The notes below the pieces were generated by a model, which saw only the letters and a list, made by a program, of their open reading frames with translations, had not been told where the DNA came from and ran no database searches. A program made the position numbers and the translations under genes. From a virus (lineage: Duplodnaviria > Heunggongvirae > Uroviricota > Caudoviricetes): DNA of 64,000 nucleotides. Location: IMG/VR virus record IMGVR_UViG_3300024507_000282, positions 40,861 to 104,860 of that record; one strand, given 5' to 3'. Below are positions 38,810 to 47,761 of this stretch, piece after piece. Numbering within the stretch: the stretch's first letter is position 1; each line of letters starts with the position of its first letter.

Positions 38810-39346
38810 ATGAGAGCAAAAGAATTTATAAAAGAAGCAGAAGCAAGTGACGCCGATTTAAAAGCAAGATATGGTGACTTCGATCCTGAAGATAAAATAA
38901 TGCTTCCAACTACAAAATTAAGCAGAGAACCTGCAGCCACGCTTTGGACAGCATATGATGTAGTTAGAAATATTCTAGGTAGAGATAGAGTAACTGACGA
39001 TGATGACGAATTAGGTCCTGGAATGTATTATGTCTACCAGAGTAGCGGAGATCCAATGTTTAGGGATACAGGCGACGGCGTTGGCAGTATCAACTTACCA
39101 AATCTAGACAGCACCGCGGCACGAGACGTTGCTGTTGCGGCCCACGAAGCATATCACGCTTATGTACACGCTAAAAGTAAAGGCGGCTTTGCACACGCTA
39201 ATGAAAAGATTATTAACAACTTAGCAGAAAAATGGTTGCGTAAACATTTATCAGGACAAGCCTTACATACAGCATTAGAACAAATTATAGGCAGTAGAAT
39301 TAGTTACGGCCGCAACCACTTACCAAAGCCAGGATTTAAAAAATGA
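38810..39346 (+). CDS. hypothetical protein with CTS-like N-terminus MRAKEFIKEAE
   Basis: fourth ATGAGAGCAAAAGAATT start; upstream in-frame extension to 38666 judged non-coding. Confidence 0.5.
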   Translation: MRAKEFIKEAEASDADLKARYGDFDPEDKIMLPTTKLSREPAATLWTAYDVVRNILGRDRVTDDDDELGPGMYYVYQSSGDPMFRDTGDGVGSINLPNLDSTAARDVAVAAHEAYHAYVHAKSKGGFAHANEKIINNLAEKWLRKHLSGQALHTALEQIIGSRISYGRNHLPKPGFKK

Positions 39347-39675
39347 AAATACAATTCAAAAAAATACTAGTAAGTCCATGGACTGCTTTACTAACTCTAG
39401 CACTAGTTGTTGGTGTCAGAGTTGCAGATCCTACATTTGTTGAAAGCGTAAGACTACGTTATTTTGACACATTAATTACAAGTAAAGAAGTTACAGTTAA
39501 CAACATAGTTACTGTAAATATCGACGAAGCCACGTTAGACAAATATGGTCAGTGGCCCTTACCAAGAGCAGAATATGCTAAACTTGTGAAGGAACTATAC
39601 CAAAGAAATGCAGGACTTGTTGTACTTAATGTTCTTTGCCAGAGACAGATCGTACTGGTGGAGATGGTGCGCTAG
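39343..39675 (+). CDS. CHASE2 sensor domain, N-terminal fragment of adenylate cyclase gene (frame 1)
   Basis: signal/TM then CHASE2-like blocks; domain continues in a different frame from about 39636. Confidence 0.5.
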   Translation: MKIQFKKILVSPWTALLTLALVVGVRVADPTFVESVRLRYFDTLITSKEVTVNNIVTVNIDEATLDKYGQWPLPRAEYAKLVKELYQRNAGLVVLNVLCQRQIVLVEMVR

Positions 39676-41393
39676 GACAAACTCTAAAAGAGTTCCCTGT
39701 AGTACTAGGAAGTGCGCCAGCACAGAAAACAAAGAATACACCACGTGTTCCAGGATCGGCTGTACTAGGTCCAGAACATCTAGATCAAATTATTCAATAC
39801 CCGGGACTAATCGCCAACGTTCCTCAACTAGAACAAAATGCCGCAGGTGTTGGCATTACAGGAACACTTCCAGAAGTAGATGGTGTTAATCGCCGCATGC
39901 CGTTAATTGTTACTGTAGACGGCAAATTATATCCAGCATTGAGTTTAGAGACACTTAGAGTCGCCGCAGGAGACTCTACCTTCCAAGTAAAACTTTTTGA
40001 AGGCGGCGTTGAGAAAATGCGTATTCCAAAGTTTGGTCCTATTGCTACAGATAGTTTAGGAAGAATTTGGATCGATTGGAGCCAAGAAGCTCATAGCGTT
40101 AGTGCTGTTAAACTTCCAAAAGATTTAGGTGGCGCCGTCGTTATTGTAGGTCCTACTGCCGCTGGTATTAGTAATCCGTTACCGACAAGCAAAGGTGCTG
40201 TATTTCCTCACGAAGTGCAGGCCGCAGTAATTGGTACAATGGTTAACGGCATTGTTATTCAACGTCCCGACTATGCCGACGGGGTTGAAATTTTAGCATT
40301 AGTATCACTTGGCATATTATTAATTTTCTTATCGAGGTGGACTTATGTTGGCATTGGTGCTACTGTGGTTATTGTTGGTGCCATCGTTCCTGGTACTATC
40401 TACGCTTTCAATAATTGGCTCGTCTTGGGAGACGCGACTGCGATCGCGTTTGGCCTTATTATCGTTGCTCTTCATTGTTATGGCGTTAAGTTTATAAGCG
40501 AGTTTTTACAGAAACAGGCAATTAAGAAACAGTTCGCTGGATACTGTAGTAAGGAAGTAGTAGAAATGCTACAAAAAGATCCAGACCTAATCAAGCGTGG
40601 TGTGCGTAAAGACGTATCCGTTATGTTCAGTGACTTGCGTGGCTTTACACCCATTGGAGAACACTACGGTGATGATGTTGCTGGATTAGGCAAGTATATG
40701 AACGGTTACATGGATGCTATTAGTCAGCCTATCATGGACAACAAGGGTATGGTCATAAAGTATGTAGGTGACGCAAGTATGCACATACACGGTGCTCCGA
40801 TTGAAGATCCTAATCATGCCCGTACTATTGTTGCTGTTGGTTTACAGATGTTAGATGCTGTTGATGAGTATACTAAACTAATGGAAGCACAAGGCTTACC
40901 ACCAGCCGCAATGGGTTGGGGTTGTAACTCAGGTATTGGCTTTATTGGTGAGATGGGATCAACTGACAGACATAGTTACGACATCTTAGGTGACATGGTT
41001 TCAACCGCCGCTCGTTTAGAAGCACGTTGTAAGGCCTATGGCGTGTTATGTATCATCGGTGCTGAAACTTACAACCGTACTAAAGATGACTTCTTCTATC
41101 TAATGCTAGATAACTTACAACCTAAAGGCAAAACTGTAGCAGACTTAATCTATACAGCATTAAGAACCAAAGGTGAAGATTACAGTAAAGATAAAGTACA
41201 GCACGAGTTGATGCATGCCTTGTATAAACAAAAGAAGTTCGACGAAGCAGCCGCTATGTGTAAAAAACTAAAAGGCAACTTTGGTGGACAAATGGACAAG
41301 TACTACAAAATCTGGATTGAACGTTGCGAGTTTATGAAAGAACAGAACCTTCCAGATAATTGGAATGGTGAATTCATAGCACATGAAAAATAA
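39636..41393 (+). CDS. CHASE2-TM-class III adenylate/guanylate cyclase, C-terminal part (frame 0)
   Basis: CHASE2 continuation, TM helices, cyclase blocks VSVMFSDLRGFT, KYVGDASMH, GDMVSTAARLEA. Confidence 0.65.
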   Translation: MPETDRTGGDGALGQTLKEFPVVLGSAPAQKTKNTPRVPGSAVLGPEHLDQIIQYPGLIANVPQLEQNAAGVGITGTLPEVDGVNRRMPLIVTVDGKLYPALSLETLRVAAGDSTFQVKLFEGGVEKMRIPKFGPIATDSLGRIWIDWSQEAHSVSAVKLPKDLGGAVVIVGPTAAGISNPLPTSKGAVFPHEVQAAVIGTMVNGIVIQRPDYADGVEILALVSLGILLIFLSRWTYVGIGATVVIVGAIVPGTIYAFNNWLVLGDATAIAFGLIIVALHCYGVKFISEFLQKQAIKKQFAGYCSKEVVEMLQKDPDLIKRGVRKDVSVMFSDLRGFTPIGEHYGDDVAGLGKYMNGYMDAISQPIMDNKGMVIKYVGDASMHIHGAPIEDPNHARTIVAVGLQMLDAVDEYTKLMEAQGLPPAAMGWGCNSGIGFIGEMGSTDRHSYDILGDMVSTAARLEARCKAYGVLCIIGAETYNRTKDDFFYLMLDNLQPKGKTVADLIYTALRTKGEDYSKDKVQHELMHALYKQKKFDEAAAMCKKLKGNFGGQMDKYYKIWIERCEFMKEQNLPDNWNGEFIAHEK

Positions 41394-41414
41394 TTTGACA
41401 GAGATTATAGCAGA

Positions 41415-42164
41415 GTGTACAATAGACAGATGTGTAGAGTTATATCTATATTGGTATTTTTTGCCTTTTTACATCATGGGCAAACAAGCGCCGCCACTGC
41501 CAAACCTCTGTCTATCACCGCTCAGAGCTGGCTCGTGGCCGATGAATCCGGCAGAATTATTCAAAGCGAAAACATAGATCAACAGCGTAGTATTGCCAGC
41601 ATTACTAAACTAATGACGGCAATGGTTGTGTTAGATGCTAATCAAAACTTAGATGAACAAATCGGTAAGTATACCCGAGCCGAAACAATACAACTAGCAT
41701 TAGTACACAGCGACAACAAAGCGGCTGATCTACTGTGTCAATACTATCCTAATGGTAAGGATGCCTGTGTTAGAGCAATGAATACTAAAGCACATCTGTT
41801 AGGTATGCACGACACAAAGTATGTCGAACCTACAGGGCTTAGTGTGTTTAATGTAAGCACAGCCACTGATTTAATTAAACTAGTTCTAGCGGCAAAGAAC
41901 TACGCAGAGATTATTGAAGCATCACGCACACCGCAGGTTAAAATTAAGATAAAGAAAAAGTGGTTTATCTTTAATAATACTAATCCAATTATTGGCAAGC
42001 GTCATGAATTTATTGTCAGCAAAACTGGCTACATAAGAGCCAGTGGAGGTTGCATAGTAATGATGTTGGATACAGAAATAGGACGCAGAATTGTAGTAGT
42101 ACTAGGAAGTAAGAATACTAAGACACGTATTCCTGAAGCAGAGTTTATTGCTGTTAATTCCTAA
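41415..42164 (+). CDS. secreted D-alanyl-D-alanine carboxypeptidase/endopeptidase (peptidase S11, PBP5/7-like)
   Basis: signal peptide; SxxK active site SIASITKLMTAMVVLD; ATG 41433 is an alternative start. Confidence 0.65.
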   Translation: MYNRQMCRVISILVFFAFLHHGQTSAATAKPLSITAQSWLVADESGRIIQSENIDQQRSIASITKLMTAMVVLDANQNLDEQIGKYTRAETIQLALVHSDNKAADLLCQYYPNGKDACVRAMNTKAHLLGMHDTKYVEPTGLSVFNVSTATDLIKLVLAAKNYAEIIEASRTPQVKIKIKKKWFIFNNTNPIIGKRHEFIVSKTGYIRASGGCIVMMLDTEIGRRIVVVLGSKNTKTRIPEAEFIAVNS

Positions 42165-42858
42165 CCTGTGCAAGGTTAAAGAAGCGTAGTACCTTAATAT
42201 AGATCCAACCGATATCTAATTCAAACCAACGTTGACGGAAACTAGCATTGGCCCCATCGGCATGATGATTGTTATGTAGTTCCTCACCACCGATCCAAAT
42301 AGCCCAAGGCCATAAGTTACGGCTAGTGTCTTTGGTGTCAGTATTACGATATCCCCACCAATGTGCCAGTCCATTAATAACACCAGCGGCCCAGAATGGA
42401 ATCCATATCATTTGAATGCCCCACACAAGAATACCCCAAGGACCAAAGAACAATAAGTCTATGACTAACATTAAGAGAATTCCAAGGCGGCTGTGTAGGG
42501 TGTAAACATTACGCTCTAGCCAATCATCAGGAGTACCTACTCCTAACTTTTCAACCATTGCGGTATCTTTACTGGCAGAGTGATATAAACTCCAGCCTTT
42601 GAATAGCACAGTTTTAATACCGTAAACTTGTGGACTGTGCGGATCTAAATCTGTATCGCTGGCTTGATGATGTTTGCGATGTATTGCTACCCATTGCTTG
42701 GTAACCATACCTGTTGTAAGCCAAAGCCAAAAACGCATGAAGTGATTTACTGCTGGATGGAATGTTACTGCTCTGTGTGTTTGTCCTCTATGAAGATAAA
42801 GGGTAACACAGGCTATGGTGATTTGAACCATCACCAAGGTGGCTATAATTGTTGACAT
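42154..42858 (-). CDS. membrane acyl-lipid (delta-9 type) fatty-acid desaturase
   Basis: three His boxes HRGQTH, HRKHH, HNNHH in a multi-TM protein. Confidence 0.7.
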   Translation of the reverse strand: MSTIIATLVMVQITIACVTLYLHRGQTHRAVTFHPAVNHFMRFWLWLTTGMVTKQWVAIHRKHHQASDTDLDPHSPQVYGIKTVLFKGWSLYHSASKDTAMVEKLGVGTPDDWLERNVYTLHSRLGILLMLVIDLLFFGPWGILVWGIQMIWIPFWAAGVINGLAHWWGYRNTDTKDTSRNLWPWAIWIGGEELHNNHHADGANASFRQRWFELDIGWIYIKVLRFFNLAQVRN

Positions 42859-42860
42859 TA

Positions 42861-43295
42861 TTAACTCTCGCCAGCGGCCGCAGTCTTTTTATCGTCCGGG
42901 TCAACTTTCTTTGCGCCAATCTTGTCTGCTTCTTCCATTGCTTCGTGGAACTTCTTGTTAGCCTGTGCTTCTACAAGTGCAGTTTCCATAACACGATCCG
43001 ATTCAATCATCTTACCACGTAGGTGTAAGACTGTATTAACTTTTTGGTTAAGACGAATCAAGTCATTGTCTAGCATACGGATACGGTCGATAAGAGCAAT
43101 CAACACAGTATTAGCATCGCTGATAACTGGCTTAACTTCTTTTGTGGCCCATTCCCAAACGTATTTGATAATGAAACCCATACCAACCGCCATAACGATT
43201 GGAAACCCATACTTATTGACTAACTCTACGACATCCATTATATAATCATCCCTATTATTAAACCAACAACTAATCCAGTAATGCCAGCCTTCCAC
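42861..43295 (-). CDS. membrane-anchored coiled-coil protein
   Basis: N-terminal TM, charged helical remainder; directly upstream of desaturase on the same strand. Confidence 0.45.
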   Translation of the reverse strand: MEGWHYWISCWFNNRDDYIMDVVELVNKYGFPIVMAVGMGFIIKYVWEWATKEVKPVISDANTVLIALIDRIRMLDNDLIRLNQKVNTVLHLRGKMIESDRVMETALVEAQANKKFHEAMEEADKIGAKKVDPDDKKTAAAGES

Positions 43296-43379
43296 ATATC
43301 GCTGTCATACCAAATTGCTCTTGGCTGATCCATCCAATCTTTGATGTGTTGGGGTTGTGCATCATACCACAACTGCCAT

Positions 43380-43577
43380 TTATTCTTCTTGAACATTTAC
43401 TGGGTATCCTTTTACAAATTGCTCTACTGGGTGCATTTTAACCAGCATTGCCTTACCATTAACGTTGGTAATTCTAAAGCAATCGCCGTGCTTCCAACCT
43501 AACTTATCAATATCAAGTTCTTCATCGAATATGATACCGCTAGGATTTAAATCCCAACTGTAATCAACATACAGCAT
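43380..43577 (-). CDS. small hypothetical protein
   Basis: 65 aa ORF in minus-strand block. Confidence 0.35.
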   Translation of the reverse strand: MLYVDYSWDLNPSGIIFDEELDIDKLGWKHGDCFRITNVNGKAMLVKMHPVEQFVKGYPVNVQEE

Positions 43578-43758
43578 TTTCGACTCTTTCCTTAATCAAT
43601 ACATTGACTCTATTAGCACAGTTTCTAATATCGTCACTAAGGTTACCTCGGCCAACTTCTTGTTCAATTAGTCTGGCTATGTCATGCAACGTTATAATTG
43701 CATCTTGTAATTTTGTATTAGTCTCGTCTAGCATCGTTCTTACCATCTGCTCTAGCAA
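43564..43758 (-). CDS. small hypothetical protein
   Basis: 64 aa ORF overlapping neighbours. Confidence 0.35.
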   Translation of the reverse strand: MLEQMVRTMLDETNTKLQDAIITLHDIARLIEQEVGRGNLSDDIRNCANRVNVLIKERVENAVC

Positions 43759-43999
43759 TACGATCTACGTCAGGGCGTAAACCTAATGCGTTGGACACAA
43801 TAGTATCAATACGTACAACATCGTGGTTCATTGTTTTTACACGATTGTCTAACGCAGTAATAATACCGGCCATACCTTTGATACTTCCCAAAACACCTTG
43901 TAGTAGTAATTTGATTGTTAGGTAAACAAAGTATCCACCTGCCAATGCCGCCGCTACCGGCATACCCAAATCACCAATTATTTTGAATATATCACCCAT
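43718..43999 (-). CDS. small membrane protein
   Basis: Gly-zipper-like TM GDLGMPVAAALAGGYFVYLTI. Confidence 0.45.
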   Translation of the reverse strand: MGDIFKIIGDLGMPVAAALAGGYFVYLTIKLLLQGVLGSIKGMAGIITALDNRVKTMNHDVVRIDTIVSNALGLRPDVDRIARADGKNDARRD

Positions 44000-44051
44000 T
44001 TTACGCTCCGCTCTTTATACGTGTATTTATGTTAACTGAGTAGATAAGTAT

Positions 44052-44079
44052 TTGACAGGTTAAATAAATGTGTTATAAT
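44052..44079 (+). promoter_or_regulatory. sigma70-like promoter TTGACA-N16-TATAAT
   Basis: consensus hexamers 27 nt before ATG 44106. Confidence 0.55.
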
Positions 44080-44105
44080 AGTAGCACTTAATAAAGTAAG
44101 GAATC

Positions 44106-44393
44106 ATGTCACAAGCACACGTTCAGAAGTTCGAAGCATCTATGTTTGAGTATTGCTCGGACCATGCCGAAAGGGCATACAAGTTATTTGAAGATGGAGA
44201 AGTAGATGTTGGATTGGAAAGATTAGGCCATTTAGCAGATATACTCCAAATGTTAAAAAGTTCTAAAAGTTCAAACGGAACTATTAACATTAATACATTT
44301 GCACAAGAAGTAAAAGCATTAGATGAAATAGATAAAGATGCCGTATACACACACTTCCAAGAGAACGGCTTTGGACAATATATACCGGAGTGA
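44106..44393 (+). CDS. hypothetical protein
   Basis: 95 aa ORF downstream of promoter. Confidence 0.5.
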   Translation: MSQAHVQKFEASMFEYCSDHAERAYKLFEDGEVDVGLERLGHLADILQMLKSSKSSNGTININTFAQEVKALDEIDKDAVYTHFQENGFGQYIPE

Positions 44394-44395
44394 AA

Positions 44396-44953
44396 ATGAA
44401 AAAAATTGATGAGTTCAATGCGGAAGATAGAATTGATCTTAGATTACTGGAAAATTCTACTTTTTATTTGAATGGAGAGATAGATGAAGATACAGTAGGC
44501 GAAGCCATCAAATGGATTCTCTATGAAAATTTACAAGGCGAAGGTAGAACTTTGACCTTGTATATTAACAGCACGGGCGGAGATTTGTATCAGGCTCTAG
44601 CGTTAATTGATGTAATGCGTAGCAGTCCACATATTGTAAGAACTATTGGAATTGGTGCTGTCATGAGTGCGGCATTTTTAATTTTTGCCTGCGGTGATAA
44701 AAAGCATCGTTATGCGGCTAGTAATACTAGTTTTATGTGTCACCAATTTACATCCGGAATGGATGCTAAGTATCACGACCTAAAAGCAGAAATGAAAGAA
44801 ACCGAATTGTTAAATGAAAAGATGATAACAATTCTAACCGAAACAACAGGCTTGGTTAAAAGTAGAGTTAAAGCAAAACTACTACCAGCCAGCGATGTTT
44901 ACCTAACTGCACAAGAAGTGGTTGACTTTGGGGTAGCGGATCATATAGTATAG
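44396..44953 (+). CDS. clpP: ClpP-family serine peptidase (S14)
   Basis: ClpP-like blocks INSTGGDLYQALALIDVM, GAVMSAAF (Ser), FMCHQ (His); GGAG SD. Confidence 0.65.
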   Translation: MKKIDEFNAEDRIDLRLLENSTFYLNGEIDEDTVGEAIKWILYENLQGEGRTLTLYINSTGGDLYQALALIDVMRSSPHIVRTIGIGAVMSAAFLIFACGDKKHRYAASNTSFMCHQFTSGMDAKYHDLKAEMKETELLNEKMITILTETTGLVKSRVKAKLLPASDVYLTAQEVVDFGVADHIV

Positions 44954-45091
44954 TGATGTATAAGGTAAGATACTACATGACTGCTGGAACACTTTCATCG
45001 AGAACGTTTGCTACACTAAGTGAGGCAATAGAGTTTTCGGTGTACAAGGTCGGCTTCATGCAACTCTACGGAATAGATAAGATAGATTAAA

Positions 45092-45928
45092 ATGCGTAAT
45101 CATTATTGGACTTGTTCAAAATTTGCAGATTGGCTTCGTGGTACTACTAAACTAAAGTGTGGGACTAGCGAAGAGTGGGACGAGTGGGAATCTCGTGCTA
45201 AAGCCGCGTATCCTATCCGTTGGTGGTTAGCAGAAGAAGGATTGGATCATTTACAAACAGTTGTATTTTTTATTCCGGATAAACTACATGCTCTCAAATA
45301 TTACATTAACAACCGTTGGGTTACTAAAACTCATGCCCTTACCGCTCATCCTCGTGATATCAAGCCCGGTGATTGGCACGATGTTGGTAATCGTTTTTTA
45401 CCTTGTCTCTTTAATGAACTTCAAGATTTTGTCGAGGTTGAACTAGCCTGGTGGCACATAGCATGGAGTGACAAGAGTGAAAGAGAAAAATACAAAGCAC
45501 CGTTTTGGGCTACTGGTTGGTTCAGATGGCGCACTTGGCGTTGTCCTCAAGCCGGACTTGACAACCTTGAATGGCAACGTAATCTACGTTGGAAAGAAGA
45601 CGAAGTTGGACCAGACAGTAAGAACCTTGGCGAACTTACTCCGCAGGCAGTCAAAGCGCAGGAAATCTTAGACTTGTACACATGGTGGACACAGGTATAT
45701 CGTAATCGTCCAGAGCCGATGGAAGCAAGTGGCTGGACTGCTTACTGTGAAGCCGCACGTTTAGCCAACGGTGGCAAATTAAGTTTCAGTAATGACAAGA
45801 CTCCTGAACTTAGAAAGATGAGCGATAAAGCACACAAGTTACTTCGTAAAATCGAAGCAGACTATGAAAAAGAAGATGAGGCTATGATGATTCGCCTAAT
45901 CAAAGTGAGGCACGGATTATGGACATAA
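45092..45928 (+). CDS. Trp-rich hypothetical protein
   Basis: 278 aa ORF. Confidence 0.5.
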   Translation: MRNHYWTCSKFADWLRGTTKLKCGTSEEWDEWESRAKAAYPIRWWLAEEGLDHLQTVVFFIPDKLHALKYYINNRWVTKTHALTAHPRDIKPGDWHDVGNRFLPCLFNELQDFVEVELAWWHIAWSDKSEREKYKAPFWATGWFRWRTWRCPQAGLDNLEWQRNLRWKEDEVGPDSKNLGELTPQAVKAQEILDLYTWWTQVYRNRPEPMEASGWTAYCEAARLANGGKLSFSNDKTPELRKMSDKAHKLLRKIEADYEKEDEAMMIRLIKVRHGLWT

Positions 45929-46086
45929 GTTATAAGTGTCCTGTCTGTGAAAGTGAGAAACAATATAGCAACAAGTACGATGCGTATTTTTGCGAGTTGT
46001 GTAATAAGTGGCTAGAAGAACCGTGCAAGGATCCAGAGTGTCAATTCTGTACTACACGGCCAGAAAAGCCCAGCCAAGTTGGCTAA
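45919..46086 (+). CDS. small Cys-rich zinc-ribbon-like protein (55 aa)
   Basis: overlaps upstream stop; CPVC..CELC..CKDPECQFC pattern. Confidence 0.35.
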   Translation: MDISYKCPVCESEKQYSNKYDAYFCELCNKWLEEPCKDPECQFCTTRPEKPSQVG

Positions 46087-46118
46087 AAGTAATAAACATA
46101 ATAACAAGGAGAAACATT

Positions 46119-46319
46119 ATGGCAACAAACAGATTTCAAGATTTTTCAAAACTAATCGAAGCCGCAGAAGGTGACTTTGAAAAGTTCTATGACAAGGGTG
46201 TTAATGCCGCAGGTACTCGTGTTCGCAAGCACTTACAAGAGTTAGCCAAACTATGTAAAGAAGTTCGTAACGATGTAACCGCAGTAAAGAACGAACGTAA
46301 AGAATCCGCAGGTAAGTAA
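46119..46319 (+). CDS. small basic protein (possible DNA-binding)
   Basis: AAGGAGAAACATT-ATG; the longer ORF from 46008 overlaps the previous gene and lacks an SD. Confidence 0.5.
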   Translation: MATNRFQDFSKLIEAAEGDFEKFYDKGVNAAGTRVRKHLQELAKLCKEVRNDVTAVKNERKESAGK

Positions 46320-46702
46320 TGGATAAAAAAGAAATCAAACGCGATGTAGCAACATTCGCTCATATGCTCAAGGAGTTAATGAACGATCCTACACCAGATG
46401 TACTAGTAACATTGGATCGCGACATTCAGCATTTCATCTATGGCAGAACCGCAGTATTAGTAAAACATAATGAAGGCAAGCCAATTGGTACAGTAGCAGA
46501 TATTGCCGCAGTAGTTGGGGCGGCCTTTGCTGATGTACTAAAAGAATTTACTAGAGGTCGTGTTAGTGATGCAGAATTAGATACAATAGTCCAAACTGCA
46601 AGAGCCAACTTACTCAGTGGATTTGAAGCAAGAGCTCCTAAGCCTGAAGTAAATACAGAAGCACCGGCAGAAGAGCCAGCAAAAGAGGAAGTAGCACAAT
46701 GA
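46319..46702 (+). CDS. hypothetical protein
   Basis: ATGG overlap coupling; 127 aa. Confidence 0.5.
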   Translation: MDKKEIKRDVATFAHMLKELMNDPTPDVLVTLDRDIQHFIYGRTAVLVKHNEGKPIGTVADIAAVVGAAFADVLKEFTRGRVSDAELDTIVQTARANLLSGFEARAPKPEVNTEAPAEEPAKEEVAQ

Positions 46703-46908
46703 TTCCAGCATACAGTGAAGAAGTAAAGATTCATGTACATGAAAAAGATCCAAATCTTCTTCCGCTGGAGCAACAGGTTCGACAACTTCAAGAGCAGGTT
46801 CGACTGTTACAGGAAAGCGTTGAGTATATAAATCGAGAACGCAGTCGTTTAAAAAGCGAACTTGATATAATTAGAAATGCAATGAATAGGAGTAGCAATG
46901 GATCGTGA
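46699..46908 (+). CDS. small coiled-coil protein
   Basis: ATGA overlap; leucine-heptad sequence. Confidence 0.45.
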   Translation: MIPAYSEEVKIHVHEKDPNLLPLEQQVRQLQEQVRLLQESVEYINRERSRLKSELDIIRNAMNRSSNGS

Positions 46909-47083
46909 AAAAATTCAACACCACATTAAGCATTTACAAAAGAAGCACGACGAATTGGATCGTTTAATTCAAGAAGAGTTTAATAGATACCAAGACGACA
47001 AAGCAGTAAGTAATCTTAAAAAAGAAAAATTACATCTTAAAGATGAAATTGAAAAATTTAAGAAGGACTTAGATTTATTATGA
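46898..47083 (+). CDS. small coiled-coil protein
   Basis: overlapping coupled ORF, Lys/Glu-rich. Confidence 0.45.
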   Translation: MDREKIQHHIKHLQKKHDELDRLIQEEFNRYQDDKAVSNLKKEKLHLKDEIEKFKKDLDLL

Positions 47084-47175
47084 CGTTGCTGTTCTGGTTA
47101 ATTATCGCCGCAGTGGTCGGTTGGGTCATTTGGTGGATCATGGACTGGCACGATAAATTTCCAGATGGCGAATAA
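47080..47175 (+). CDS. tiny membrane peptide (31 aa)
   Basis: ATGA overlap with previous stop; single TM helix. Confidence 0.3.
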   Translation: MTLLFWLIIAAVVGWVIWWIMDWHDKFPDGE

Positions 47176-47177
47176 CA

Positions 47178-47756
47178 ATGCAGTACAATGAATTTTTAGA
47201 TTGGGTAGATATTGACAAGTTTTCAGATGCTTGTAATAACATCTGTCATCAGACAGTATTAAATGAATCCACAAATCGAATGATGAAAGAAAAATTCATT
47301 ATTGCGGCAATGCAATTATCTAATCATAAAAAGAACATCGAGTGGACTGACGTTCGCGATTACGATATAAAATTTACCGATTGGACCAATGGCGACGTAG
47401 AAGTTAAAACTGGCAACGAACCTTTGTTCTACGCAAAGTCAGGAACTCCTAAAAAGACAATCAGTCTTAAATTAAAAAATGTTTACGAAAGTAAGAATCA
47501 AAGAACTACACTAGACAAAGTTTTTAATCATTTAATGATAGTCCAAATTAAAGGAACATTCGCTGTTGCCTTTGTAGATTACGCAACAGTTAAGGCTAAT
47601 CTAAAACAATTAACAGACGGCTTCTTAGTCAAACTAACACACGACCAAATAAATATTGTGTACAAAAAAGATATGAGAAATGAACCGACATCTTGGACAA
47701 TTGACTTAGATCCAAAACCTTGGATATTTGGCACATTAGCAAAGGCAGGCGTTTAA
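47178..47756 (+). CDS. hypothetical protein
   Basis: 192 aa ORF. Confidence 0.5.
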   Translation: MQYNEFLDWVDIDKFSDACNNICHQTVLNESTNRMMKEKFIIAAMQLSNHKKNIEWTDVRDYDIKFTDWTNGDVEVKTGNEPLFYAKSGTPKKTISLKLKNVYESKNQRTTLDKVFNHLMIVQIKGTFAVAFVDYATVKANLKQLTDGFLVKLTHDQINIVYKKDMRNEPTSWTIDLDPKPWIFGTLAKAGV

Positions 47757-47761
47757 AGAAT

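Noticed and set aside
44396-44953. ClpP-like peptidase as the prohead maturation protease
   Set aside because: It lies among non-structural early-type genes behind a sigma70 promoter, and the genome also encodes ClpS, so an auxiliary ClpP is more parsimonious. A head-protease role cannot be excluded without the structural module.
46008-46319. 103-aa ORF starting at 46008
   Set aside because: Its first 37 codons overlap the better-supported zinc-ribbon ORF (45919-46086) and lack an SD, whereas ATG 46119 has AAGGAGAAACATT upstream, so the shorter gene is preferred.
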